DNA from: Candidatus Thorarchaeota archaeon
GTDB lineage: Archaea > Asgardarchaeota > Thorarchaeia > Thorarchaeales > Thorarchaeaceae
NCBI GenBank assembly: GCA_963726195.1
Contig: CAVSBO010000015.1
Span: 1 to 64,000, forward strand
Reading direction: 5' to 3'
Length of the DNA: 64,000 nucleotides
This document shows, one piece after another, positions 54,853 through 64,000 of this stretch (its first letter is position 1; the number at the start of each line of letters is the position of its first letter). The notes under the pieces are model-generated. The model searched no databases, was not told the DNA's origin, and saw only the letters and a program-made list of their open reading frames with translations. The position numbers were made by a program, and so were the translations under genes.

Positions 54853-55787
54853 ACGGCTTGTCGAAGCGACCTGCATACTATCACTTTCTGGGCTGTATAA
54901 TACCACATCGCTATCCGAGTATCGAGAAAGCAACGAAGCTTGTCTTCGAGGACCTAGGCATAGACTTGCTTGACATGGTCGGGGCGAGCTGTTGTCCTGC
55001 TCCGGGCGTGTTTGGTTCGTTTGACAGGGTCACGTGGGCTACCATTGCTGCTCGAAATCTGACTATTGCAGAGCAGGGTGGTCACCCCATTACAACTGGG
55101 TGCAACGGTTGCTTCGCCAGCTTGTGGGATTCAAACCATGAGCTGAAAGAAGACGACGAACTCAGAGCTGCAGTTAACCGGAACTTGGCAGAAATCGGGC
55201 GCGAGTTCAAAGGCACGACTGAGGTTACACACTACCTCGATGTACTCCATGATGTTGTAGGTACCCAGAGGGTCAAGGAGCACATCACTCACCCACTCAC
55301 TGGTGTGAGAATGGCACTTCACCCGGGTTGTCACTGGATGAGGCCGAAGCTGGTGAAGAAGAAGGATGATAGCGAGCGTCCTCACATATTCAGGGAAATC
55401 TGCGAAACAACTGGGGCTAAGTACGTTCACTATAAGGACGAGCTGATTTGTTGTGGCGCGGGCGGCGCGGTAAGGACGGCCGACCTCAAGATTGCCCTCG
55501 ACTTCACGAAGCAGAAGTTTGACAGTATTCTTGCTGCGGGAGGTGCTGATGTCATTGTGACACCGTGCCCATTCTGTTTGCTTCAGCTTGATTCAGGCCA
55601 AGTGGAAATCCAGAAGCTCTTCGGAGTTGAGTACAAGTTCGACATTATGCACGTATCAGAGCTTCTAGCGCTTGCTTTCGGCCACGAACCTGAGGAATTC
55701 GGGCTGGCAAACCATCTTCAGTATTCGCAGAGAAAGACCGAACCTAACTGGCAGCGGCTCAAGCTCAAGGCAAAGGCAACTGCCTAG
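54849..55787 (+). CDS. hdrB: Heterodisulfide reductase subunit B
   Basis: Two CCG domains: SCCPAPG/GCNGC and CCGAGG/CPFC. Confidence 0.95.
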   Translation: MNGLSKRPAYYHFLGCIIPHRYPSIEKATKLVFEDLGIDLLDMVGASCCPAPGVFGSFDRVTWATIAARNLTIAEQGGHPITTGCNGCFASLWDSNHELKEDDELRAAVNRNLAEIGREFKGTTEVTHYLDVLHDVVGTQRVKEHITHPLTGVRMALHPGCHWMRPKLVKKKDDSERPHIFREICETTGAKYVHYKDELICCGAGGAVRTADLKIALDFTKQKFDSILAAGGADVIVTPCPFCLLQLDSGQVEIQKLFGVEYKFDIMHVSELLALAFGHEPEEFGLANHLQYSQRKTEPNWQRLKLKAKATA

Positions 55788-55835
55788 AACATATAAGAAG
55801 GCCCGCTTCATTGTTAGAAGCGAGGTCCAAGTGCT

Positions 55836-56735
55836 TTGAAGAACTGGCTGGACGACATGGACTACCTCAGTCTTGGAAAGAGGGTGAGGCTCCATCGACT
55901 AATGTACGAGCACGGTCTTGGTAACGGACATATGCTGATAATGCCAATCGACCAAGGCCTTGAGCACGGCCCGATAGACTTTCTCCCGAATCCTCCTTCA
56001 GAAGACCCTGATTTTCAGTTCAGGCTCGCTGTTGAGGGTGGGCTGTCAGGCATTGCGCTTCACTTAGGTCTGGCGGAGAAGTATGCAGCGAAGTATGCTG
56101 GCAGGGTCCCGATTATCCTGAAGCTCAACGGTAGGACGAGCATTCCGGGAGAGGCTTACCCTGTTTCACCCATGACGGCCTCGGTTGAGGATGCGGTGAG
56201 AATCGGCGCAGATGCTGTGGGCTACACGCTTTTTGTGGGCAGTCCGAGGCAGGTCGAAGACTTCAACCAGTTCAGGAAAGTGAAGGCCGATGCTGACCGT
56301 TATGGCATGCCAATCATCATGTGGGCATACCCTAGGGGAACAGCAGTAGATTCGAAAGGCGGACGCGACTCTCTGTATGCTGTCGATTATGCAGCTCGTG
56401 TAGCAAGCGAGCTCGGAGCAGACCTCGTGAAGATCAACGTTCCCGCGGATAATACAAAGACGAAGTCTCTGGAGCCAAAGCCCTACGATTCAATGAACCT
56501 GAGCTATGAGGAACGCGTGAGGAAGGTCATACATACGGCTGGCAAGACTCTCGTGCTGTTCTCAGGTGGGGGTAAGATTGATGACGACCAAATCCTCCGC
56601 AAGGCACGGGTATGCTTGGAGGAAGGAGCTGCGGGTCTGATTTTTGGCCGGAATCTGTGGCAGCGGGAGTGGGTTGATGCGCTCAGGATCGTGAAAGATC
56701 TGAAAGACATGATCCTAAGTCTTGGCACGACATGA
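55836..56735 (+). CDS. Class I (DhnA-type) fructose-bisphosphate aldolase
   Basis: PIDQGLEHGP, LKLNG, WAYPRG, ELGADLVK, FSGG, FGRN. Confidence 0.9.
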   Translation: MKNWLDDMDYLSLGKRVRLHRLMYEHGLGNGHMLIMPIDQGLEHGPIDFLPNPPSEDPDFQFRLAVEGGLSGIALHLGLAEKYAAKYAGRVPIILKLNGRTSIPGEAYPVSPMTASVEDAVRIGADAVGYTLFVGSPRQVEDFNQFRKVKADADRYGMPIIMWAYPRGTAVDSKGGRDSLYAVDYAARVASELGADLVKINVPADNTKTKSLEPKPYDSMNLSYEERVRKVIHTAGKTLVLFSGGGKIDDDQILRKARVCLEEGAAGLIFGRNLWQREWVDALRIVKDLKDMILSLGTT

Positions 56736-56808
56736 GCGAAATCTCCGCTAGAGCAAACATTTTATCGTCCTGCCATAAGGCCGCCACACATCACCCCCAA
56801 GAGGACAC

Positions 56809-59800
56809 ATGATGGCAGAGACCTCGACAAAACCTGTGGTTATCATCGGCGCGGGAATCGCTGGTATCCGTGCTGCATTAGACCTCGCCGGAATGGGCGT
56901 GAAGGTGTACATGGTTGAGAGGCAGCCATCCATCGGTGGACACATGGCCCAGTTGGACAAGACTTTCCCTACCTTGGATTGCTCGATGTGCATAATGGGG
57001 CCATGGATGGTAGATTCTTCCAGAAACCCGAACATCGAGATTCTGGCCTATTCTGAGGTCACAGAGGTTTCAGGCCAGCGGGGCGACTTCACGGTAAAGG
57101 TCCTGAAGCATACTCGCCGTGTGGATCCTGGCAAGTGTACAGGTTGCGGCGATTGTCAAAGGGTATGCCCGATTGAGGTTCCCAACGAGTACGACCTCGG
57201 CCTGAAGATGAGAAAGGCTGTGTACATACCATTCCCGCAGGCTGTACCCAACATTGCGACAATCGACATCGAGAACTGCATTCAGTGCATGACTTGTGCC
57301 AATGGTTGCAAGGCCCAAGCAATCGATTTTGAACGCCCAGATGAGACAGTTGAGATCAATGCCGGCTCAATCATTGTTGCGACTGGTTACAGACTTCTTG
57401 ACGCATCAACTGTGCCGGAGCTAGGCTACGGCCGTTATCCGAATGTTGTCACTAGTCTTGAGTATGAGAGAATGGTTTCCGCGAGCGGACCGACAGGGGG
57501 AGTAATTATGCGACCCTCCGACGGTCGAGAACCCCACCGAATTGCATTCGTTCAGTGTGTTGGCTCACGTGATGTAAACCATTGCGCCTACTGCTCAAGG
57601 ATATGTTGCACTTATGCCACGAAAGAGGCAATCATAACGAAGGAGCACATGCCCGAGATCCACATTGACGTCTTGTACAACGATATGCGTGCCTTTGGTA
57701 AGGGCTTCGAAGAATTCCTTGTGCGGGGCGAGAAGGAATACGGCATCAACTATGTGAAGGGTCTGCCAAGCGAGATTGTTGAGGACCGCGAAAGCCGAGA
57801 CCTGCTCGTCAGACATAGCGATACAAAAGGACGTGAGATTCTACAGGATCGGTACGATTTGGCCATCCTCTGCCCAGCGATGGTCCATAATGAGAATCAG
57901 GATCTGTTTCAGAAACTTGGTGTTCAGGTTGATAGCTACGGCTACTTGGAGGGCATGGCGGGTCATATTGAGAGTGTTCAGACCGGTGTCCCGGGAATTC
58001 ATATGTGTGGGACCGTGAATGGGCCCAAGGACATTCCTGACTCGGTCGCTCAGGGAAGCGCCGCTGCCGCACTAGCAGCCCTTGACATAGTCGTCCCCAA
58101 GCCACCTGAGGTCGAGGCAGCGAGAGAGACCGTCATCGAACTCGCAACAGGGGAACCTCGGATTGGTGTCTTTGTCTGTTCTTGCGGTGTCAATATTGCT
58201 GGAACAGTAGACGTTGCAGAAGTCACTCGCTATGCGGGCACACTGCCTAACGTGGTTCATGCTCAGAATCTGCTTTATTCATGCTCATCGGATGCTCAAG
58301 TGGTCATCAAGGATGCCATCAAGGAACACGAGCTCAATCGTGTTGTTGTGGCGTCATGCACGCCGAGAACTCACGAGCCCCTGTTCAGAGCGACCACCGA
58401 AGAAGCTGGACTCAACAAGTATCTCTTCGAAATGGCTAACATACGCGAGCATTGTTCGTGGATACACCAAGGCGCCAAAGACGAAGCAACAGGGAAAGCC
58501 ATGGATTTGGTCCGAATGGCTGTAGCCAAGTCCAGACTCCTTGAGCCTGAGGAAGAGGCAGTCACGAAAGTTGAGCCTGCAGTTCTCGTAATCGGAGCTG
58601 GCCTAGCCGGGATGTCGGCTGCAGAACTGATAGCTGACAAGGGGTTCAAGACATATCTTGTCGAAAAAGAAAGCCGGGTCGGTGGCCTGTTGAGCCAGCT
58701 GCACACAGTCAATTTTGATTTCACACCTGCCCTAGACGTTGTCGAACAACACGAACGAATGGTCAAGGGCAACTCTAACATCGAGCTCATGTTGAATTCA
58801 GAGGTTACAAATGCCAAAGGATCGATTGGCGATTTTCAAGTAACGGTGATGACTAGCAAGAAGCAGAAGAGGGAACTAAAGGTCGGGGTCGTCGTCGTCG
58901 CAACAGGAGCAACCCAGCTGGAGGAGAAGGGTCTCTATGGCCTCCAGAAGTTTCCTGAGGTCATGACCGAACTTGAACTGAATCAGCGGCTCGCGCAAGA
59001 CGACGCTTTCCAGGACGGAGAGACCTTTGCTGTGATCCACTGTGTCGGTTCCCGTGAAGATGAGTCTCTTGAAGGGTCACGAACATGGTGTTCAGGAATA
59101 TGCTGCACCGTTGCCCTTGAGCACACGCTTGAGCTTCTTGACAAGTATCCGAATTCGCGGGTATTCCATCTTTACAGGGACCTTAGGGTCTCGTACACAG
59201 CGGAGGACAGGTACCGAGAAGCTCGGAAGAAAGGTGTTGTTTTCATCAGATTCGACAAGGATTCGCCCCCAGAAGTAAAGAAGGGAAAGAACATGCCCCT
59301 CAGGGTGGAGGTCACTGACCAGATACTCGGGGCGAAGCTGGGGCTTGATGTCGATCACGTAGTGTTAGCAACAGCAATGGTGCCGCGGGAAACCAACAAG
59401 CAGATCTCAGAGCTGTTCAAGGTTCCACTTAACATGTCCGGGTTCTTCATGGAAGCACACCCGAAGCTGAGACCTGTGGACTTCCAAACTGATGGTGTCT
59501 ATGTGGCCGGCACTGCGACAGCGCCTAAGACAATCGATGAGTCCATTGTTCAAGGAAGAGGTGCTGCTGCTCGCGCACTTGTACCCCTTGTCACGGGTGT
59601 TCGGAAGGCTGAGGCGATAGTTTCCGTAGTGGATCCCGAGGTCTGCGTTGGCTGCGGCACATGCGAAATCAACTGTGCTTACAATGCAATAGAGGTTGTT
59701 CCTGGTCAGGGCGGCCACGATTATGCAGTATCGAATCCTGTCCTTTGCGCCGGGTGTGGAAAGTGTGCTGCTGGGTGCCCCTCAGGTGCTATCACAATGA

Positions 59801-60273
59801 AGCACTTCACTGATGACCAGATACTCTCTCAGATTCGCGCTGCACTCCAAGACATGCCGGCGAATCAGTCGCGGATTCTGACAATAGTGTGCAACTGGTG
59901 CAGCTATGCAGGGGCAGACAATGCAGGTGTGTCGAGGTTTCAACAGCCGACCAATGTCCGCGACATACGTGTCATGTGCACTGGACGTGTGAGTGTCACG
60001 CACATCCTTGAAGCATTCAGGCTTGGGGCAGACATGGTTTGGATTTCCGGTTGTCACACGGGCGACTGCCATTATGTGGACGGTAATATCACCTTTGAGA
60101 GAAGATTCGCGATTGCGAAGAAGATACTTGAGAAGGCGGGGCTTGAGACCGAGCGGCTCCAGTTCACGCACATTAGTGCAAGTGAGGGCTCAATCTGGGC
60201 CGACACGGTGCGAAAGCTATCTGAACTCGCTGACAAGTTGGGACCAAGTCCACTGAGACCGAGGAGAAGATGA
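56809..60273 (+). CDS. hdrA: Large HdrA with two FAD modules and fused C-terminal MvhD domain
   Basis: KTFPTLDCSMC, QCVGSRD, CSRICC, ASCTPRTHE, second GAG.AG and HCVGSR, MvhD CNWCSYAGAD/MCTGR/GCH.GDCHY. Confidence 0.95.
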   Translation: MMAETSTKPVVIIGAGIAGIRAALDLAGMGVKVYMVERQPSIGGHMAQLDKTFPTLDCSMCIMGPWMVDSSRNPNIEILAYSEVTEVSGQRGDFTVKVLKHTRRVDPGKCTGCGDCQRVCPIEVPNEYDLGLKMRKAVYIPFPQAVPNIATIDIENCIQCMTCANGCKAQAIDFERPDETVEINAGSIIVATGYRLLDASTVPELGYGRYPNVVTSLEYERMVSASGPTGGVIMRPSDGREPHRIAFVQCVGSRDVNHCAYCSRICCTYATKEAIITKEHMPEIHIDVLYNDMRAFGKGFEEFLVRGEKEYGINYVKGLPSEIVEDRESRDLLVRHSDTKGREILQDRYDLAILCPAMVHNENQDLFQKLGVQVDSYGYLEGMAGHIESVQTGVPGIHMCGTVNGPKDIPDSVAQGSAAAALAALDIVVPKPPEVEAARETVIELATGEPRIGVFVCSCGVNIAGTVDVAEVTRYAGTLPNVVHAQNLLYSCSSDAQVVIKDAIKEHELNRVVVASCTPRTHEPLFRATTEEAGLNKYLFEMANIREHCSWIHQGAKDEATGKAMDLVRMAVAKSRLLEPEEEAVTKVEPAVLVIGAGLAGMSAAELIADKGFKTYLVEKESRVGGLLSQLHTVNFDFTPALDVVEQHERMVKGNSNIELMLNSEVTNAKGSIGDFQVTVMTSKKQKRELKVGVVVVATGATQLEEKGLYGLQKFPEVMTELELNQRLAQDDAFQDGETFAVIHCVGSREDESLEGSRTWCSGICCTVALEHTLELLDKYPNSRVFHLYRDLRVSYTAEDRYREARKKGVVFIRFDKDSPPEVKKGKNMPLRVEVTDQILGAKLGLDVDHVVLATAMVPRETNKQISELFKVPLNMSGFFMEAHPKLRPVDFQTDGVYVAGTATAPKTIDESIVQGRGAAARALVPLVTGVRKAEAIVSVVDPEVCVGCGTCEINCAYNAIEVVPGQGGHDYAVSNPVLCAGCGKCAAGCPSGAITMKHFTDDQILSQIRAALQDMPANQSRILTIVCNWCSYAGADNAGVSRFQQPTNVRDIRVMCTGRVSVTHILEAFRLGADMVWISGCHTGDCHYVDGNITFERRFAIAKKILEKAGLETERLQFTHISASEGSIWADTVRKLSELADKLGPSPLRPRRR

Positions 60274-60277
60274 GTAA

Positions 60278-60796
60278 ATGGCAGAGAACTGGGGTCAGCT
60301 GAAGTCCTTCGAAGGCAAGAGGTTTGAGACGCTTGATGCCGAATTCACAAAGGAAGTTTCAAAGCTGATCGGCGGGCAGGACCTGACAGCGTGTTTTCAG
60401 TGCGCAAAGTGCAGTGCAGGATGCCCTGTTTCTGACAAAGTGAACATCCAAGTCCACGAATTGATGCGGATGCTTTTGTTCGGTCTCAAGGAGGTCCTTG
60501 ACACAGACATGGTCTGGCTTTGCAGTACTTGTTATCAATGCCAGCAGCGTTGCCCTCAGGGAATCGAGATAACCGACATAATCTTCGGCCTCAAGAACAT
60601 GGCCTTTCGCAAGGGCATCACACCGTCCGGCTACGTGGCATCGCGGAAGGCGTTGTACGATAATGGAAAGCTGTACGAGCCAACAGACTGGGAACGCGAC
60701 GACTTGGCTCTGCCTCCTGTTCCCCGTCTTGATGTGACCGAAACTCGCAAGGTGCTTGACAAGACGGGTCTGATGAAACTGAGGGAGGGAAAGTGA
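60278..60796 (+). CDS. hdrC: Heterodisulfide reductase subunit C
   Basis: CFQCAKCSAGCP, WLCSTCYQCQQRCP. Confidence 0.92.
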   Translation: MAENWGQLKSFEGKRFETLDAEFTKEVSKLIGGQDLTACFQCAKCSAGCPVSDKVNIQVHELMRMLLFGLKEVLDTDMVWLCSTCYQCQQRCPQGIEITDIIFGLKNMAFRKGITPSGYVASRKALYDNGKLYEPTDWERDDLALPPVPRLDVTETRKVLDKTGLMKLREGK

Positions 60797-61671
60797 TGAC
60801 CCAAACTTACGAGGTATTCTTGGGTTGTGCAATTCCTTCAAGATTCAACAACTACGAAGCCTCGATGCGCGCAATCGCAAAAGAGCTCGATATTGAGCTT
60901 TTGGACTTCGAAGGCGCCTCTTGCTGTGGCACAGTCGTTCTGAAGTCTATCGACGAATCGAGCTGGCTGGCGGTCTCAGGAAGGAACATTGCCCTTGCAG
61001 AAAAGCGCGGCCATAACATAGTCACTCCATGCAACGGCTGCTTCGGATCCCTCAAGGATTGTGCTCACGTTCTCCACACTAACGAAGCTGCTCGCAAGGC
61101 GACTAACAAGACTCTGTCTGCTCTGGGGCTGCAGTTCACTGGCAATGCCACAATCCGGCATTTGGTTGAGGTTCTCTACGAAATGAAGGACGAAATCAAG
61201 GGCAAGATTGTCCGACCACTAGATGGGCTAACGGTAGCATTCCACCCCGGTTGTCATCTGCTCCGACCCTCGAAAGTGGCCGGTTTCGATGACCCTGAGC
61301 TTCCACGCAAGATCGATGAGCTAATCGAACTAACAGGAGCCAAGAGTGTTCATTGGAGCCTGAAGCTCAGATGCTGTGGTTCACCGTTGCTCATCGCCAG
61401 CGAGAGTGTTGCCTCACGGATACTGAAGGAAAAGATGTTCTCAGCCAAGGCTGCTGGTGCTAACTGCCTCGTGACCAATTGTCCCGCATGCCATACACAA
61501 TTTGATGTTCAAGTCCTTGGCATGAAGGATGATGAAGGCGAATCGCTTGAGATGCCGGCACTGTTCGTGACACAGGTGCTCGGGGCCGCTATGGGCATTG
61601 ACGCAGACGCCCTTGGGCTGAGACTGAACAGAGTGCCACTCGACCCAATAGCCAGCATTCTCGGATTGTGA
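60793..61671 (+). CDS. hdrB: Heterodisulfide reductase subunit B
   Basis: FLGC, SCCG, PCNGC, HPGCH, RCCG, CPACH.QFD. Confidence 0.92.
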   Translation: MMTQTYEVFLGCAIPSRFNNYEASMRAIAKELDIELLDFEGASCCGTVVLKSIDESSWLAVSGRNIALAEKRGHNIVTPCNGCFGSLKDCAHVLHTNEAARKATNKTLSALGLQFTGNATIRHLVEVLYEMKDEIKGKIVRPLDGLTVAFHPGCHLLRPSKVAGFDDPELPRKIDELIELTGAKSVHWSLKLRCCGSPLLIASESVASRILKEKMFSAKAAGANCLVTNCPACHTQFDVQVLGMKDDEGESLEMPALFVTQVLGAAMGIDADALGLRLNRVPLDPIASILGL

Positions 61672-61685
61672 ACCGTGCTGTCGTT

Positions 61686-62258
61686 CTACTTCGAAACAGT
61701 CCTGTCTTGTCCGTAGAATATCTCGCCAAGCCGCTTCATCGCATCGCGGACGCATTCTTTCTTGCCACTTACTTGCAGGTGACGATCGCCGTCCAGTGAT
61801 ATGCGGACTCGGCAATCCTCAGCCAGTTCCGAAACAATCTCCACCGGTATCTCGTCTGGCAGCCGTATCCGAAAGAAAGCGACGTCCTTCTCTCTCGGGA
61901 GGTCAGAAATCGGAGTCTTAGGCTCTGGAGGAATCTTCCCGCCTTTCCCTTGGACTGCATCATTGAAACGCCTTTCCCAGGTACGCCGAACTCCCGCACC
62001 ACCATCTTGCTCGGCCCACATCATCAGGGTCTCCTTCAGGCGGAGCATCCTCGTCTCCATTTCAGACCTCAGTTCCACATCTTGCTGGTCGACACTGGCA
62101 ATCTCACGTTCGAATGCCCGAAGATACTCAATGACCATCTTGCTGTTTCGCAAATCTGCATAGGTAAGATCTGGTATGAAGACGCCTCGGTTCTTCAGGT
62201 CGCCAAGCAAGTCATTGAGAACCATCCACCCCGCCAACATACCCTCCGCCGATACCAA
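61686..62258 (-). CDS. DUF2096-like protein
   Basis: W.VL..L..DL...G..IP N-terminus; C-terminal RI.LP..I..E...E.AE motif; lies among hdr genes. Confidence 0.7.
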   Translation of the reverse strand: MVSAEGMLAGWMVLNDLLGDLKNRGVFIPDLTYADLRNSKMVIEYLRAFEREIASVDQQDVELRSEMETRMLRLKETLMMWAEQDGGAGVRRTWERRFNDAVQGKGGKIPPEPKTPISDLPREKDVAFFRIRLPDEIPVEIVSELAEDCRVRISLDGDRHLQVSGKKECVRDAMKRLGEIFYGQDRTVSK

Positions 62259-62262
62259 GGAA

Positions 62263-64000
62263 TCACTCTCTCAGCATGGCCTCGACTTCTTCCATATAGC
62301 TCTTCTCGCGCCACCAGCGTAGGTCTCGAGCACCTGTGGGGCAAATTGCAGCACATGCACCACATCCGTGGCATTTCACGTCGTCCGTCACGCTCTTCTT
62401 TACTCCCGGCGAGACCTCCATCATCGTAATGGCATCGTATGGACAGATTTCAGAGAAGTGGCACAGGTCACAGCCCACACACAGGTCTTGGTCCACTTCC
62501 GCAGTGAGCAGCTCAATCTGTACTGTACCCAGATTGAGTGGAATGCATGCCTCACTAGCTGCCGCCCGACCTTGGTTGATCGAGTCCGCCACGTTCTTGG
62601 CGTACGTCGTGCCGAGGAACACTCCGGGTACTGTCGTCTCGACTGGTCTGAACTTCATGTGCATCTCCCGGAGGAATCCGTCTTGACCACGGTTGATGCC
62701 CATGGCCTTTACCAGGTCAGCTACGTCATGCGGAGCTTCGAGGCCGACTGCCAGAACGACCAAGTTCGACCTTATCTTCAGTGTCTGTTGCGAAAGTGTA
62801 TCATAGATCGTGACTATGGCTTCGTTCGAATCCGGGGCCTTATCGACCGCTAGTGGTCTCTCTCGTACCCATCGGATGTATGTGATTCCATTCTGTCTGT
62901 TCTCGCGCCACATCTCTTCCATGCCGCTCGCGAATGGACGTATGTGCTCCTTGAATGCAGAGAAGATTCTCACATCCGGAAACATCTCTTTGAGCTCATG
63001 TTGCATTGCCACGAGGGCCGAGCAGCAGACTCGAGAGCAGTACCTGTTCCCCTCGCTAGGGTTCTGCCTCGAACCCACACAGTGAATGAACACAGGATTC
63101 TTTGGCGGGGTATTGAGTTCCCCGTCTCTGAGCCTCTTTTCCAATTCGAGTGTGGTGATGACTGCTGGAACAACTCCGAATCCGTACTCACCCTTTTTCG
63201 GTTCATATGTGTCAGTTCCGACAGTGAGAAGTATCGAGCCAACTTTCACAGTCTTTTTCTCATGTGTGGCGACGTTCTCGAGTATCACGTCGTAGTTTCC
63301 ATAGGTGCCCTCGCGACCGACTGGTCTTGAGTTCAACAGCACTTGAATTTTCTTCTCCTGACTGACACGCGCCTTCAGATTGTCAACAATGTCCTTCGCC
63401 GATTCCATCATGGGAAAGATATGATGCAACTCGTTAAGTCGTCCACCAAGCTTGTCCGTCTTCTCAACAAGGACGACGTTGAAGCCTTTCCTAGAAATGT
63501 CAAGGGCCGCAGTCATGCCAGATACTCCTCCGCCTACGACCATGGCTGTGCAAACAACCTCAACAGACTTCATTGGAACGGCTTCGTTATTCACAGCCTT
63601 GGCCACTGCACTTCGAATCATATCCTGCGCCTTTTCCTGACGCTCCTCCGTCGTGGCCCTTGCATTCACCAAGGCCAGCAGTTCCCTCAGGCCTACAGGA
63701 CCGACAAAGTAGTACCTTGAGAGACCTGCTCTTTCAAGTGCGTTCCTGAAAGTCTCTTGATGCTGAAGCGGAGAGCACGAACCTACCACAACGCGATTAA
63801 GCTTGTACTCCTTAATTGCATCGACAATCTTCTGCTGCCCCGGGTCACTGCACATGAATATGTAATCTGTCGCAAAGGCGACATTGGGAAGGTCGCGTGA
63901 CCACTCGGCAAGACCCGGAGAACTAATCATATTGCCTATGATACCACCACAGTGGCAGATGAATACGCCAACTCTGGGCTCAACCCCTTCCTCAAGTGGG
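62263..64000 (-). CDS. hdrA: HdrA-family protein (5' end beyond window)
   Basis: Frame open to the window edge (PRVGVFICHCGG), GSCSP, GGGVSG, HCVGSR, CSRVCC, C-terminal 2x[4Fe-4S]. Confidence 0.93.
   Translation of the reverse strand, partial: PLEEGVEPRVGVFICHCGGIIGNMISSPGLAEWSRDLPNVAFATDYIFMCSDPGQQKIVDAIKEYKLNRVVVGSCSPLQHQETFRNALERAGLSRYYFVGPVGLRELLALVNARATTEERQEKAQDMIRSAVAKAVNNEAVPMKSVEVVCTAMVVGGGVSGMTAALDISRKGFNVVLVEKTDKLGGRLNELHHIFPMMESAKDIVDNLKARVSQEKKIQVLLNSRPVGREGTYGNYDVILENVATHEKKTVKVGSILLTVGTDTYEPKKGEYGFGVVPAVITTLELEKRLRDGELNTPPKNPVFIHCVGSRQNPSEGNRYCSRVCCSALVAMQHELKEMFPDVRIFSAFKEHIRPFASGMEEMWRENRQNGITYIRWVRERPLAVDKAPDSNEAIVTIYDTLSQQTLKIRSNLVVLAVGLEAPHDVADLVKAMGINRGQDGFLREMHMKFRPVETTVPGVFLGTTYAKNVADSINQGRAAASEACIPLNLGTVQIELLTAEVDQDLCVGCDLCHFSEICPYDAITMMEVSPGVKKSVTDDVKCHGCGACAAICPTGARDLRWWREKSYMEEVEAMLRE

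Noticed and set aside
61950-63720. Plus-strand ORFs antisense to hdrA/DUF2096, and similar shadow ORFs throughout
   Set aside because: Antisense shadows of well-supported genes, with no motifs of their own
56809-64000. Selenocysteine-containing HdrA/MvhD, known in Asgard archaea
   Set aside because: The usual Sec positions visible here are Cys codons (DCSMC, CNWCSY, GCH.GDCH) and there is no in-frame TGA

Overview
Archaeal chromosomal window of roughly 50-55% GC. It is most consistent with an Asgard archaeon, probably Thorarchaeia; this is inferred from the archaeal 23S rRNA with a branched H98/ES39 expansion, the 24-residue LRR and WD40 proteins, and the hdr/DUF2096 cluster. The window contains a stand-alone 23S rRNA gene (about 7187-10273, no adjacent 16S or 5S) preceded by a bacterial-type RNase PH. 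It also carries a degenerate IS200/IS605 element with an intact 346-aa TnpB and a 14-codon tnpA remnant, peptidases, lipid/isoprenoid genes, a compact AlaRS and AhcY. The energy block comprises an acyl-CoA ligase, a 2-hydroxyacyl-CoA dehydratase with activator, korDABC, and a large hdr cluster (three hdrBC pairs, an HdrA-MvhD fusion, a second HdrA, a class I aldolase). At least eight genes carry single-base frameshifts that look like assembly errors. The strongest leads are (i) an unannotated two-gene operon of apparently paralogous 36- and 29-aa peptides at 42583-42788, (ii) a RuvC-less TnpB/Cas12f-like WED-REC protein beside a nucleotidyltransferase at 4098-5879, (iii) substitutions at normally invariant peptidyl-transferase-centre nucleotides, and (iv) a phytol-kinase-like gene paired with isopentenyl phosphate kinase. 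All calls come from reading motifs by eye; no database searches were run.
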